Assembly: GCF_011745625.1 (NCBI RefSeq)
Contig: NW_027191474.1
Span: 1 to 64,000 of the forward strand
DNA: 64,000 nucleotides
Origin: Cladosporium halotolerans
Taxonomy: Eukaryota
Direction of reading: 5' to 3'
Shown here: positions 12,957 through 25,178 of the stretch, one piece after another
How the letters are laid out: each line of letters begins with the position of its first letter
How positions within the stretch are numbered: the stretch's first letter is position 1
Program-made: the position numbers and the translations under genes
Notes under the pieces: generated by a model
What the model was told of the DNA's origin: nothing
Database searches by the model: none
What the model saw: the letters and a program-made list of their open reading frames with translations, nothing else

Positions 12957-14677
12957 TCATCCTCCAGTATTATCCTCCGCCATAATATCCAAGGTATCCA
13001 GCCTCCAAATCTCCACCTCCTTCACCAGCTTCGGATCCACCAACTCCACCTTCCGCCTCATCTCCGTCGACCCGTCCGCATAAACGTGCTCAAAAGCGCC
13101 GCCGCAACGGAAGATGAGTGCGCCAACACCGACCCACTTGACCGTAAAGTTCTGCGCAACGTACAAGTCGCGGCCCATGACGGCCACCATTTTCTCTTCC
13201 GGCACGAAAGGCTCCTCGCCTGAAGCCGTGCTCGATTCGTCTTTCAGGATGCGCAGAGCGTAGAGTTTAGGGAGGAAGGGCATCAGGAGGCGCAGGATTT
13301 CGTGGTTGGGGAAGCCGAGGACCATGCCTAGTTGTGTGAGATTGGGGCAGGAGCGGATGAGGTTTGTCAGGTCAATCTCGCTGAGGGGCCACTGATTCGA
13401 GAGCAGCAAGTGCTTGAGGGTTGAGCCGTGATGGGTGGTGAGTGCGCGGAGGTAGTCTCGACCGAGAGATGAAATTTCGTTGTTGCGCTCTGCAGTGTCG
13501 GGAGAAGTAGTTGAGGGCGAACGGTCAGGGGTGATGTAGTCCGAAGTAGGGCTCTGCGTCGTGGACATGGTCGGCTTGCCGGTACGGTCGTTGACGATGT
13601 AGCAGTATTCCAAGCCGGGGGACCTCTGCAACAGGGCCACATGCTGAGGTGCGAACTCGTTGAAACGGATCGTGTGGAAGAAAAGCTTCAAGTCGGCAGG
13701 TAGCTCTCTCCACGTATCGTCCACGTAGACATTCGCGCTGCCTCCTTGGGCGCCCCCGAAAGTATCCAGGAAAGTCATGCTCTTGCAGATCTGGTAGTCA
13801 ATGACCTCGTTGAACGACTGGGTATTGGGTCCAAACCAGTTTTGCATTGCAAAGTGCTTCAGCTTTGGCATATAGCCAGATTTGATGCAGCGCGAAAAGA
13901 AGGTACCCATGTTCAACGTGGGCTCGGCGTTTCTACGCATGCGCGGCGAGAAATGCAGGCGCAAGTCGCTGAGATTCTTGGAGCCTGCGATCAGGAAGGA
14001 GATGTCGTCGGGGTAGCAAAGCGGGTCGAAGTCGATCACCTTGAAGGTCCTGAGCTTCGGCATCGCCGGGATACAGACAGCAGGTCGGGGCACGCGTTTG
14101 AGGGGAATTTGATGGTGAGAGTCGTGAGGCTTTCGCTGGCAGCAAGCCCTTGGTAGAGAGCCTTCAGTGGCTTGCAATCCAGCTCCCAGCTGAAAGACTG
14201 CAGCCTCGTCATCCTATCCACACACACCCGCAGCATCATGTTCAGCAGCATGGAGTTGTCCGGTATCCGTCCTTTTGCGAAATCTTCCACTCCGACTTCC
14301 CTCCATTCCCCCCAAAGCCTGAAGTGTCGCACCACGCTTGCATGGCTCTTTGTTGACAGCCCGTTCAGCGCCATCATGAAGGGGCTCCCGCTGCCAAAGC
14401 CTTCGGGCCTGCCATTGACGAATCGGATCTCGGGATACGAGTGCAGGGAGACTTTCTGGTACAATTGAGGCAGGGTCATGTAGTACAGAAGCCGCGAGGT
14501 GCGCGTGACGCGCGCAATGTCGCCGACATCGTCCAGGTAGCTCACAATACGCGCGATGAGGTTGAGGGGGAGCGGCGAGCCACTGGTCTTCGGAGCGGAG
14601 GAAACGGGCGAGGTGTATTGCACGAAGGGCGGTATTTCTTGGAAGGTGTAGGATTGCGAGTAGTGTCGCGACGCCAT
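12957..14677 (-). CDS. F-box / LRR-like protein (~573 aa) split by an apparent 1-nt deletion at ~14097-14099
   Basis: N-terminal F-box-like LPLNLIARIVSYL...ARVTRTSRLLY, followed by LxxLxL repeats. ORFs 14036-14677 and 12957-14177 join as TIKFPS-x-RVPRPAVCIPAMPKL if one base is restored. No intron at the junction. Confidence 0.8.
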
Positions 14678-15953
14678 TATGGCGTGTGGGTCGGCGGTTC
14701 TCCTCTATGGTCCGGGGCTCATCGCTGGTATGACTTGTTGCGCGTGTGGATACACCGGGTCAATGTGTGAGAATGTTCCCTCGGATTCGCGTCCGGCCAG
14801 AATCAATGACGGGTCGGCGTCTCGGCGTTGTCAACTCTAATGATCCTCCACCCTGCATCGGCTGGCGCCCGAGTCAGCAATTCCTCCTGGCCACATGGCT
14901 GGAGCAGAAGCTTGACTGACATCGTCTCCAGTTCCGCGGGTGCGCGAGAAGTTGACCTCACCTCTCATATGACTGAACAAGGTGTTGTGTACTACGTGCT
15001 CAGCGGTTGCGTGGTTTCAGATCTGAAGATGTCCGCTGGTCTATTCAGAAAGTCTCCGCATGCTATCTTATTATTAGGTAGGTCCCATTTTCGTACGAAC
15101 ACTCCCTCTTTTATTTGACTTGCCGGACGCCATCAGGTGCAGCCTCGACACGCAAAACACAGGATCAGCGACACTACAAGTCACGCATGCAGAGCCCTCG
15201 TGTGTGCCACCTTACGAGTAAACTCAAATCGAGCGCGATCTGCTCTGAAAGTCAGAAGATTTAACAGCCACATGGACGATCTTCATCGTATTCGTGTCAT
15301 TTCAGCAAGGTTGTCAAAGCTAATTCTATTGTACACTCGTGCAGAAGCTTGATCCTGAAGTCGGCTACTTAGCATCATCAACTCTCAGTCTCTCGACCGA
15401 AGGCTTTCCCCATAGGCCCTCGATAATGCTGATCAGATATCTCAGTAATCTTGGAAAGAACTCCATATACGTCTTCGGCCGTGACGCAAACGTCTTCTAT
15501 CCGGGATAGCTTCTTCTCCCTTCAACCTCGAACGAGTTGGTGACTGGAAGGACGCTAATCTCGGCCTCTTGCTCGGTCTGGCAGAGCCCAGCTCTTTCCA
15601 ATGTCCGATTCATCGGTGTCTGGGGTCCAAGCCGTAGAACATGAGATACTTTCGGGAGTCGGCAAAAGTGCGATGAATGCTGAGGACCGGGATATCCTCT
15701 AAAAGCTGCAGAATATCCTTCTTGGCCATTGTGATTTATTACGCGGGAAGTGTGTGGCTCTGAGGTGAGTTTGGCGGGTAGATCTACAAGTCTGAGTTAT
15801 AGAAGAGATAAAACACAAAACGGTGGCGGTACGCTTTCAGGCAGATGGCGATCCGCCAGTGTCACACGCATGGGAGATTAGGCTGGGTAAGCATAGTATG
15901 AAGCGATCAAATATCCATTGTTGCAGTAAAATCAAAATATTGCTACATCTCTC

Positions 15954-17558
15954 TCACTCAGCCTTGCTGCCGTCAAGGCGACGAAAAACCATTGCACGAG
16001 TCAAACTTGATACCTTTGCAGGATCAGAAGAAGCGTCGGCATTCCACCCAAAAAACTTGCGATAGACGCCCGAGACGTCCATGTACCTGACACTCAGATC
16101 GGCATAACGACCGGCACCTCGCTTGGCATCGATCTTCGCCGTGACGGCAGAAAGCTTACTCTGACTGACCCCGTGCATGTACGAGGCGAGGCCCACAGCC
16201 TCAATGCCAGTGCAAGCCTGAAGTGCTATCTTGCTCTGCTCAAGCCAGAACTCGTCGTTAATCAAGGTTTGCATCGAGAGCTGCTGATCGTAGTAGGACA
16301 CAGTGTCCGCCGTCAAGCCGATGGCGTCCATGAACTGGCCAAGCTCAGACTCAGGATAGCCCGCCTTGGAACAGAGCTGCAGAAATTCCTCGTCAGACGC
16401 GTTGTGGCAATAGAGAACGAGGCAGCGCACGAGCTCGGCGTACGCGCAGACACGCTCTGAGTTGAGCGTACCAGCGTGTTGTCTAAACTCCAGCGTGTTT
16501 ACCCGGGTATCCGCCAGACCCTGGCGCTCAGGATACAAGTTGTCCACATTGACAGTGGCCCACTTACCATTGAGATAAGGGTCTGTCGGCTCATGCCTAT
16601 TGTCCATGAGATACTCCCAACGTGCAGGGTCCTCAGCCTCTTGATCATCATCCTCGTCACTGCGATCACCATCAATGTAATCCTGATGAAAACCTTCGTT
16701 GAAGATTGACTGCGACTCTTCCTCGGACATTGTCCCGGTTCCATCACCAGGCGTTCCGTCGATAAAGCCATCATCCGAAGTCCCTCTTTCGGAACTGTTG
16801 AGGAAGAGTCTACCAAGCTCTTCAAAAGTGGTGCACTTCTCAATGATTTCGAGCCAATGACAGAAATTCTTGGACTCATTCATGTCATTGTTCTTGGAGA
16901 AATGCCAGCCGAGGCTTGCGTTGAACATCCTGTCGGCAGGGAGTCCGGCATCTGGGTTCTGGTCAATTTGGGAGGAAGAGTGAATCTCGTCCAAGCGATC
17001 TTCGAATGCTGTGCACAACTGCAAAACGCTCTTTGCCGTGCGAAGTGGCATCTGGGTATCGCCAAAACCAATGTGGACGTGGAACTGTGTTAGTTCGTTA
17101 GTGATGATGCTGCAGCCCCTGGTTTCATAAGCTCGAATGGCCTCGAGGACTTGTCCGACCTCAGCTTGCCAATCCTCATCAACAGAAAACTTGCGAGAGC
17201 AGATCTTGATCTGCTGGACTGCGGGTGCTTCCTCCTCTCCGTCTTCTTCCTCTTCTTCATCTTCGTCAAAGATCTTGATGTACTTGGCCTCATCGGCGGA
17301 GAGAACGACGGTTTCTAACGTACGTCTGAGATACCATTTCTGGTAATTGTCGTGGTCGCAAACCCGTCCACTACCATCGATGCCACGTGCTGCCAGGTCT
17401 TTGCTGATCGTATCCAGGAGATAGTTCAAATTGCGCCGAGAATAGGTAGCACCAGGATCGGCAGCCAGGTTGAAGAAAAATCTCGCGGGAGAGACCACGA
17501 TGACTTCAAAGTCGATACCGAGAGTCATCCCATCGGAGGCATTCCTCTGAGGAGCCAT
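15954..17558 (-). CDS. Putative amidoligase enzyme (Amidoligase_2 / COOH-NH2 ligase fold), ~534 aa
   Basis: Motifs TLGIDFE, FHVHIG, AFEDRLDEIH, KWATVNVDNL and TLEFRQHAGTLN in the order typical of fungal putative amidoligases. First plausible ATG is at 17558. Confidence 0.8.
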   Translation of the reverse strand: MAPQRNASDGMTLGIDFEVIVVSPARFFFNLAADPGATYSRRNLNYLLDTISKDLAARGIDGSGRVCDHDNYQKWYLRRTLETVVLSADEAKYIKIFDEDEEEEEDGEEEAPAVQQIKICSRKFSVDEDWQAEVGQVLEAIRAYETRGCSIITNELTQFHVHIGFGDTQMPLRTAKSVLQLCTAFEDRLDEIHSSSQIDQNPDAGLPADRMFNASLGWHFSKNNDMNESKNFCHWLEIIEKCTTFEELGRLFLNSSERGTSDDGFIDGTPGDGTGTMSEEESQSIFNEGFHQDYIDGDRSDEDDDQEAEDPARWEYLMDNRHEPTDPYLNGKWATVNVDNLYPERQGLADTRVNTLEFRQHAGTLNSERVCAYAELVRCLVLYCHNASDEEFLQLCSKAGYPESELGQFMDAIGLTADTVSYYDQQLSMQTLINDEFWLEQSKIALQACTGIEAVGLASYMHGVSQSKLSAVTAKIDAKRGAGRYADLSVRYMDVSGVYRKFFGWNADASSDPAKVSSLTRAMVFRRLDGSKAE

Positions 17559-18392
17559 GCTTGAGATGTTTGGAGATGATTGGTTGTGTTCAGAGCTAGA
17601 GTTTTCTTGAGAGAGCTGGATGCTCAAGAGAAGAGCTGAAGTATGAAATATTGTACCCGGAAAATAATTTGCACCGTCTGGCATTGGCTCAAACACAAAG
17701 AGACTGTTCCATTCATAATAAGAGTTCAAAGCCACAACTTCACATTGTAAGCGAGCCTTTGTCCTGAAAGGAAAATGAAAACCAGACTACCTTTGTTTAT
17801 ACAAAGGGTGGTGCTATGCCGAATTGCGCATCGGCTTATGCAATGTCTCGTGGGAAGGCACGCAGACTTATATTAGGAGAGATCATGTGATTAGAAGAGC
17901 TACAACAGGCTCCAGAAGATCGCAGTTATGCAGATATTCGCCTTCTAGAGGGGCTCACCAGACGGTTTAGGCGAATTTGGGGGACCAAAACAATTGATTA
18001 TTTGTTTGAAGAGACGACTGCGCCGTCAGTTAAGCTATGCGTGATTAATGATCACCATCCATGAAACACTAACTTTGGCACATTTGTGCCTTCAACTGAA
18101 CCAACTCCGCAAGCAATGTCGCATCGGCCCTTCAAAGTAGAAACAATTTCCAGCGCATACGAACTCGCCAGTGCCATCCTTCTTGCCGTCTGAGTAGTAG
18201 CCGTAGCCAGATCAAGCTCAGTTTATGACTTTTTGCGAGATGGGCCGTCGTCAATTCCATTTTCATCGGGCTGAGAACGAACACCTTGGGTGCCAACATC
18301 TTCACCCTCAATTGCCGATTTGGTAGATTTGTCACACTGAACTCTCGTCGTGAATCCCAGACAGATCACCTCGGGAAAAGCAATCCGCCGTT

Positions 18393-19130
18393 CTACTCAG
18401 ACAGCGTAGCCGCTTCGGTACCCTCGTCAGACGCGTTATGATAGCCAGAGGCTGAGTACGAGGCCTCAGAGTTGCACGCGTGCTCGCTGTATTCCCCCAG
18501 AGATCCTTCTATAGCTCTCTCGCTGCTCCCATCGCTGGAACTGGAATACTCTTTCTCAGACTCATTGTTCTCCGCGTCAGCATCGGCCTCCTCGTCACTG
18601 CTCAGCTCCTCCGCCGGAATGGGATCCACGGGATCTGGATCCACCCAATCAGCCTCGTCCCAATCGCAGTCAGCCCCATCTTCGTCGTCCGTCGAAAGCC
18701 ATTTGATCAAGTTCTTCTCGTTGATAACCTTGATCTCGTCTTTGGAAGTAGACGATGGCGCATCCTCTAACCATATGCTGGGCTGAGTCCTGACAATCTC
18801 CGTGACGAGCCAACCGTCGGGATCAACAGGGCGGGCCATCGGTTTGTCGTGAGGCAGCCATGAAGCGCCGCCGGTGAAGTGCATCGCATCGTTCACATCG
18901 TCAAGGGACACGTCCTCCTCCATGACAGTACTGTAGACGCAGTTCCCATAAAAGATGGCGAATTCGAGCTTTGATTCCTTCTCGTCGTATGCAGCCCAAA
19001 GCTCGCGGACAGGTAGGGTGGGTTTGTCATCGCCGTTGACGCTGACGACGCGCATCAGAAGGCGATGTCCCTCGAGACAATCGATGGCGCCTGTGACATT
19101 TTCGAGCTTGATGCCTTGTGCACGAGACAT
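18393..19130 (-). CDS. Hypothetical protein with acidic C-terminal tail, ~245 aa (ORF open upstream to 19922)
   Basis: ATG at 19130 in strong GCCACC context. Globular-looking N-terminal half and D/E/S-rich tail. Confidence 0.6.
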   Translation of the reverse strand: MSRAQGIKLENVTGAIDCLEGHRLLMRVVSVNGDDKPTLPVRELWAAYDEKESKLEFAIFYGNCVYSTVMEEDVSLDDVNDAMHFTGGASWLPHDKPMARPVDPDGWLVTEIVRTQPSIWLEDAPSSTSKDEIKVINEKNLIKWLSTDDEDGADCDWDEADWVDPDPVDPIPAEELSSDEEADADAENNESEKEYSSSSDGSSERAIEGSLGEYSEHACNSEASYSASGYHNASDEGTEAATLSE

Positions 19131-21016
19131 GGTGGCTGTGATGCTCCAAGCGGATGGCAGGTTTCGAAGCGGAACCTTTTGACGTCTTTGTGAAAGTTGG
19201 TGATGTCCAAAGCCCTTCTTGCGATTTGTGTATCTGTGCAGGATGGACGGGTAGTGGACGGTGCTTGCCGACTTGGCTGGGGGTAGTTGAAAGATGTTTG
19301 TTGTCGTAGCTCCAAAGGAGCCAGCGCGTGGCTTTTGTAGGCGGCTGAAAGCGAATTGAAGTGAATCAATACTTGGAGCTCGGCGCTTAAACACGGTCAA
19401 TTCAGCAGAAGAGGGCATTGAAGACATGTCGGCGTCCAGCTTGTGTGGATGACAATCACTGCATGAAAATATAGACTTGGGGTCTGATCTCATTCGCGAC
19501 TTGCCGACTCGGGACGTGATACCAGACCGACTGGCGAGAAGATGACCGAGCTGCGCTGCGAAGGTGTCCTTACCACGTTCAGATCCAAGGCTTCTGACCG
19601 CCCACTGACCAATGTACTCCAACGTATCTTCTGTTACCAGCGTCATGCCAAAAAGCGAGCCCTGCAAAACAGCCAACATCATTGTTACGCGCGACTCCTT
19701 CATCCACGCTATCTGAGCATCTGTGCTGTAGGCTCTCGTCCACGCTTGTTGGGCAACCGAGGGCCAATCGCTGGCGACAAGGACCTTGTTGGCCTTGGGC
19801 GAGTAATAAATGCGTGGGGTGCGCCATGGTGCGGTCACAAAAAGGAGTAACGCTCTTGTTGGACCAAAGGGCGCGCTCGCCGAAGTTGCTTGTGCCAGTC
19901 GATGTCGCGGCGGCAGCAGCAATGCAACAGTCTGGCCCCATCTTTGGCATCAAGTCTGAAGAATCTGCCTTCCAGGATGAAGCCATCTCCATTGCGCTTG
20001 CACCGAAAACTGCTCGTCAAGCATCGTAGTCTGAATCCACCAGACAGCAAATCGGGAACGGCTGGAAGTGGAGAGACACCGAGCACAATCGCGAGTGTGC
20101 GACAAGTGGAATACCAGTTTCCTAGGATTATCTAAGACATTTGATGAGGTAGGATCTCTTATGCCCAGGTTGAGGCGAATTGTGGTCCTCGAGAAGGAGG
20201 AGTTGCACCCGGAGTGATCAAGGAAGTCCAGCGGGAAAGAGCCACCCGCATTGAACCAGACAGATAGTCAAGACATCTACCTTACCTTGACCGCAGCGCA
20301 TCCAAATCTTCCCGTTCTCGGTATAGCAGATACCGCGGCAGCTTGTGTTTCCATCTTGATCGACTGTGCTGACTTTCCGTACATGATCTTGCAAGCGACA
20401 GGTTCCAGAGCTAATTTAGTGATGGCGATGGCCTACTTTGATGGCAGAGGTCAGCAGCAGAGATCAAGTGTCGTATTATTCTCTAACCAAGGAGCAAGAA
20501 GATGGTGATTAGGCCTACAGGATTGCCATTCGCAAGGCCTGCTCTCATCGGAATGTCCGCAAAGCTTCGAGGTTCAGATTTAGCTCAAGCAAAAAGCATA
20601 ACGAGCAGCGACCAGAGTCAACACCAACACTTCCTCCACATGCCAGCTAATTGGAACCTTGTCTGCACAACTCCGCCATTGTTACATCTATCCCACACAC
20701 GGAGAGATGCAGAGTATCAAAGATGAAAGGGTTGCGGCCCTTATCGACGCCACCCGGGTATCGCGAAAGTGCAACGGCTCGCTTCGTGTTTTGGTGTCGC
20801 GCTAGAGTGCTCCACGGTGGGCCAGACCGAAACCCTATCCCTGGGGTTTCCTACCATGATTCTTCGCAGCCGCTGAGTTGTCTTTCAGCCGCATAGCAAA
20901 AGAAAGGTGAGCGTAGCGGCGTGGCTGGAGGACAGGCGAGAGAATATCCTTGGGGACACGGAAGCCCACCACCACCGGCATTTTCCACAGGGCTCTCATA
21001 TTAGCTCAGGAACAGG

Positions 21017-22156
21017 ATGCGAGGCGACAGATCATACTCTTCCACTGTGGACGAGCGCTCGCCTTTGTTGCAGGGTCCGACGAGCAACATTGACAATTCC
21101 AGCCAGGACTTCGACCACCACGTCCAGTTCTGCACTCTTGTTGGCGTCACACCTCACACCCTTCCTTCAGGCCACAACCACACGCCGCATCCTCAATCGC
21201 TGTACGCTCGTGCCCTCCAACGTCGCCGGAACCAATCCTTCCTCTACGCCTTTGCGGCAACCCTTATCAATGGACTACTGCTCTCTCAGGTCGTGCTCGG
21301 TGCGGCACTCACAGCGCTCGCGGCCAGCAACAGTAGCCGCGTACTCATTACTGTGTTCGGCGCTCTGAACACCGTCATCGCCGGCGTAATCGCCTTTCTG
21401 AAGTCGCGAGGCCAGCCTTTGCGCGCTCGCATGTTTCGCGATGATCTAGATCGCGTTGTGGACGAGATCGAGTCTTCCGCGGTGATGTGGCTGGGCATCT
21501 CTCAAGGAGTACACGGATACGACGCCATTGACACGGATGAGCAAGTCACTGTACGCAGCGAAGTGGCGAGACTCACGAGACTTTACGATCGCGCCGTCAA
21601 AGCCAACACAACGAATGATCCGGACTTGTACGCTGCCGGCGGACCAGGCGACTTTCACCATGCAGCCTTAAGAAGCAGACCGGGCCAGCCTCCTTTGACT
21701 GCGGCCGCGCCGCAGCCTGCACTCCCGCCTTTGCAAACTGTCATCCAGCCGGGCCCAACACCTGAGGTAGACGAGAGCCCTGCGACGAAAGCGCCAACTC
21801 CAGCACCCGCTGCTAAACCTGTAGAGGAGGCAAAGCCCACGGCGGAGGCTACGACACCAGCACCACCGCCTCCAGCAGAGCAAGAGCCGGAGACACCGGC
21901 ATCTACAAAGGATGAAAGCGGTACAGCGACACCAATAACTGTACAGACCATGAGTGAGGTCAAACCAGCAGAAGCCTCCGCGCCAGCAACTCCAGCGACA
22001 GAGGTTCATGATCCAGACGCGAGCCCGGCTACAGCTGTTCGTCCGCCGTTGAAGGATGAGAAGTCGGCTGATAAATTAGACAAGCCTAATAGGCTGGAAG
22101 AGCTGCGCAGAACCGGCGGCGATGCCCAGGCTTTGTCTCCGTTTCTGAACGTGTGA
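21017..22156 (+). CDS. SLATT (SMODS- and SLOG-associating 2TM effector) fungal-clade domain protein with P/A/T/E-rich tail, 379 aa
   Basis: Two hydrophobic helices INGLLLSQVVLGAALTALAA and LITVFGALNTVIAGVIAFLKSRGQP, then RARMFRDDLDRVVDEIE, matching the SLATT_fungal signature. Confidence 0.85.
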   Translation: MRGDRSYSSTVDERSPLLQGPTSNIDNSSQDFDHHVQFCTLVGVTPHTLPSGHNHTPHPQSLYARALQRRRNQSFLYAFAATLINGLLLSQVVLGAALTALAASNSSRVLITVFGALNTVIAGVIAFLKSRGQPLRARMFRDDLDRVVDEIESSAVMWLGISQGVHGYDAIDTDEQVTVRSEVARLTRLYDRAVKANTTNDPDLYAAGGPGDFHHAALRSRPGQPPLTAAAPQPALPPLQTVIQPGPTPEVDESPATKAPTPAPAAKPVEEAKPTAEATTPAPPPPAEQEPETPASTKDESGTATPITVQTMSEVKPAEASAPATPATEVHDPDASPATAVRPPLKDEKSADKLDKPNRLEELRRTGGDAQALSPFLNV

Positions 22157-22417
22157 GCCATGCTGATAGAGGGTGCGGCCCGCAAGGTTCGATGTGGAGG
22201 GACGTCAGATCTACGATAACGTGTTATATACCGGGGGCATGTGGTTTCTAGGGTTACTCGAAAGGCCTTGAAGACTGATGTGATCCTGCAACGATTGAGC
22301 ATCCGCTGCCCGCGCTCATGCGTTACATCTGTCGTCAGTTGACACAAAACTTGCACACATACAAGATAGCTCCTCGCTTGTGCTCTGCGCATGGTTCCAA
22401 GGCACAGTTGTTCGCGG

Positions 22418-22454
22418 CAGCCTTTGTACATACCACCAGCCTTTGTACATACCA
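22418..22454. repeat. Perfect 18-bp direct repeat (period 19)
   Basis: cagcctttgtacatacca occurs twice. Confidence 0.9.
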
Positions 22455-22883
22455 TGAATCATGACTCAATGCCTTCACAATAAATCGAGCATACCAGAAA
22501 TCTACCTCCGTTCGAAACAGCTTCGTCGCACAATCTCAGAGTCGCAGCCTTCTCCACCACCCTCCCCTGTCAATTGCAATCAAAAGCAAGAATATTAAGG
22601 TAAGGCGTCAAAGCCAGTCATTGCGGATAGTGACTGCTGAATTGGCAGTGAAGAAATCTCAAAGCTTCGACTTCACTGAATATCAAAGCTTGAAGACAAA
22701 GCCAGGAGGCTGGGCTCTAACCTACCGTGAAGGTGATCTCTCAAACACCCAACACGTTCTGTTACTCTCTACTTTCTCTTCTACATCAACCCTCCCATCA
22801 CCACCCACAACCTTCGAGCGTCTTCAGACTCAACCCGACCAAAAACCCATCCACGAATCCTACGCCAAATCAATCATCCAGCA

Positions 22884-23968
22884 ATGTATCACGGCCAGCC
22901 GCTGATGAGCGGAGGCATCGGCCATCGTACGGATCCATTAGCCATGCAATCTTCGCGTGTAAGAGCCAGGATGCTCCTTGCCGAGTGTGGGTCTGACGGC
23001 CGCCGTCCCGAGTCCGATTCTGAGAGTGGTAAGTCTCCCTTATCCCCGATCTTCAATGTAGTCCTTCCTCGCTGACAGACATTGCAGAAACTGACTCCGA
23101 TTTTCCTTTGCGTCGCTCTCGCGGCCAGTCTAGAACTAGGTTCACGGAGCGCATGCCGTTTACAGACATGATGGGCCGTAGCGGTAGAATCTTCGCGGAC
23201 TACGACGACATCTACCCCCTCGACAGCGCCTCCCGTCGTCCTCGCTTCCGTGCGCGCTCTCCCTCAAGCTACAACTACATCTACCCAGACGGAAATCCAT
23301 CACACGGCCTGTCTCGCCGCCCACACTTCCGTCGCCGCGACCTCGTATCTGAACTTGACGACGAGTCCTCCTTGGCCCCCCGCCGCCGCTCGTACATATC
23401 CGACCGCGACATCGAGGACCTGTACACGCCCGCCCGCCGCGATCGGTCTCGCCGCAACAGCCTCGACGGCTCCTCAGCAACTCTCTGGCCCAGATCCCGC
23501 GCAGCATCCCTAAACCCCTACAGCCGCCGCCATCGCTCGCCCTCACGCAGCCGCCACGAGCACTCGCACCGCTACCGCCGCTCCTCAAGCGGCCACAACG
23601 CTCGCGTCCGCGCCCCTCAAACCCACAACACCCACGCGCCCAACATCCACATCCACACCCACACCCACCATCACCACTACGACGACCCATACGCGAACGC
23701 CACCCAGACCCCTAACGTCCCGCACTATCTCCCGGGCACGCCCATCGGCCCACTAACAGCCGAAGAGCTCGCGCGCGCCGGCCACGGTCCCAGCGTCCGG
23801 CTGCCGCACGTGATGTTCGGGCGGACCGGAGTGCCGCCGGCGGGTGGGATGACATTCTATCCGACGGCTGATGGGACGAGGGCGGTAGCGGCGCCGGGGG
23901 TGGGGTGGACGGAGAGGAGGAGGAGGAGGGGGTTGGGGGAGGGGTTTGGTGGGTATCCTGGGTATTGA
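22884..23968 (+). CDS. Hypothetical R/S/H-rich protein, 341 aa, 2 exons
   Basis: Intron 23029-23087 (GTAAGT...GCTGAC...CAG, 59 nt) joins ORFs 22884 and 23108 in frame. Confidence 0.7.
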
Positions 23969-25178
23969 TTGATGGGTGAGAAGCGCTGAGCGGTCGTGGA
24001 GGGAGAGCTGGGGATGCCGGATTCTATCGACTGGGTGGAGGCTCTTGCTTTGCGAGTGTCTTTTGTTTCGCAGCAATGAGCGGGTGGGGAGATTTCTTTT
24101 GTTCGCAGCGAAGGGGAAACAGTCCCTTCAATACTGCCTGGCGCAATGACGTCGAGTCAGTATGCTTGGAGCTTCAGTCCTGGGGGAAGCTGGTCTGGAC
24201 GCTGTTTTGCTGTTGCTTCAGCTGCTATTACCCAACTGCAAACTCACAGCTCACGCCTCACGGCTTCGGGTGCTACTCAGGTGGACTCGGAATCGGCAGC
24301 TTTGATTCTTGATGTTTTGCTTTTGATCCAGTGGTACAGATCGCGATTCGTAGTACAAAATATGTGTGATTGTCAAAACCTGCGAGTCTTTTGAGTATCA
24401 AGACCTTCGTCCGTCCTACCTTCCGAACCTTGTGACCCAATCTCTCGTTTCTTCAGCAGCAGCTGACCGCTTGCGAGTTCTGAAGTCTCAACAAAACTGA
24501 GGAAAGCCGGTGAGCGGTGTGTGGTCTGCTCGCAGGTTCTTTGCATCCTACCGCCAGTCCTGTGCCGTGCCTCCGGAACGAGAAAGAGCAATCTTTTCCT
24601 TCTTAGAGCAGCAGTAACAGCAGCAGCACTCAGGAGTCGAATCTGGCACTCTCGTTTCCTCTCCCACTTGATCTCCACTCAACTCATCTATCAAGGTACC
24701 AGCCTGCTGGAATGCCTTAGTGAGACTACCGCTCTTCCATCCAGTCACTGCGAGTTCTCTGGGGAGAAGCGACATGATCGTAGCATACACGGTTCGCGCG
24801 GATACGTCTGAATTCTTGTTTTGCCGAAGTAGATGGTTTACTAGGATAGGTTATACTGGTGAGCATGAAGGCTTCCTGAAAATGTTGCTCAAAGGACCTG
24901 CTGCTCTGCGGAAATCATTCGTATATTCTGTGGCGCTCGCGCGGCCATATCGACGTCTAGATAGTCTCGGTCGTGAGCATGATCCTGCCCCGCGGACTCT
25001 TGTCCTTCTGTGTCCCTGTCTTTCCCATAGCGGTTCGTTCGTGGGGTATCGTACAGCCATACATCCATGCAAGACCGTCTGTCGGCCAGTCTTCTCACAT
25101 ATCCAATCGAATCGTCCAATCTTCCAGCCTCTGCCCATCCTGCTCTTTTCTCACGCAAGCCAAACAAAACAATCCAAC

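Noticed and set aside
15364..15730. Protein-like fragments on the minus strand downstream of the amidoligase
   Set aside because: Short, interrupted by stops and matching no family I recognise. I cannot support a pseudogene call without TBLASTN.
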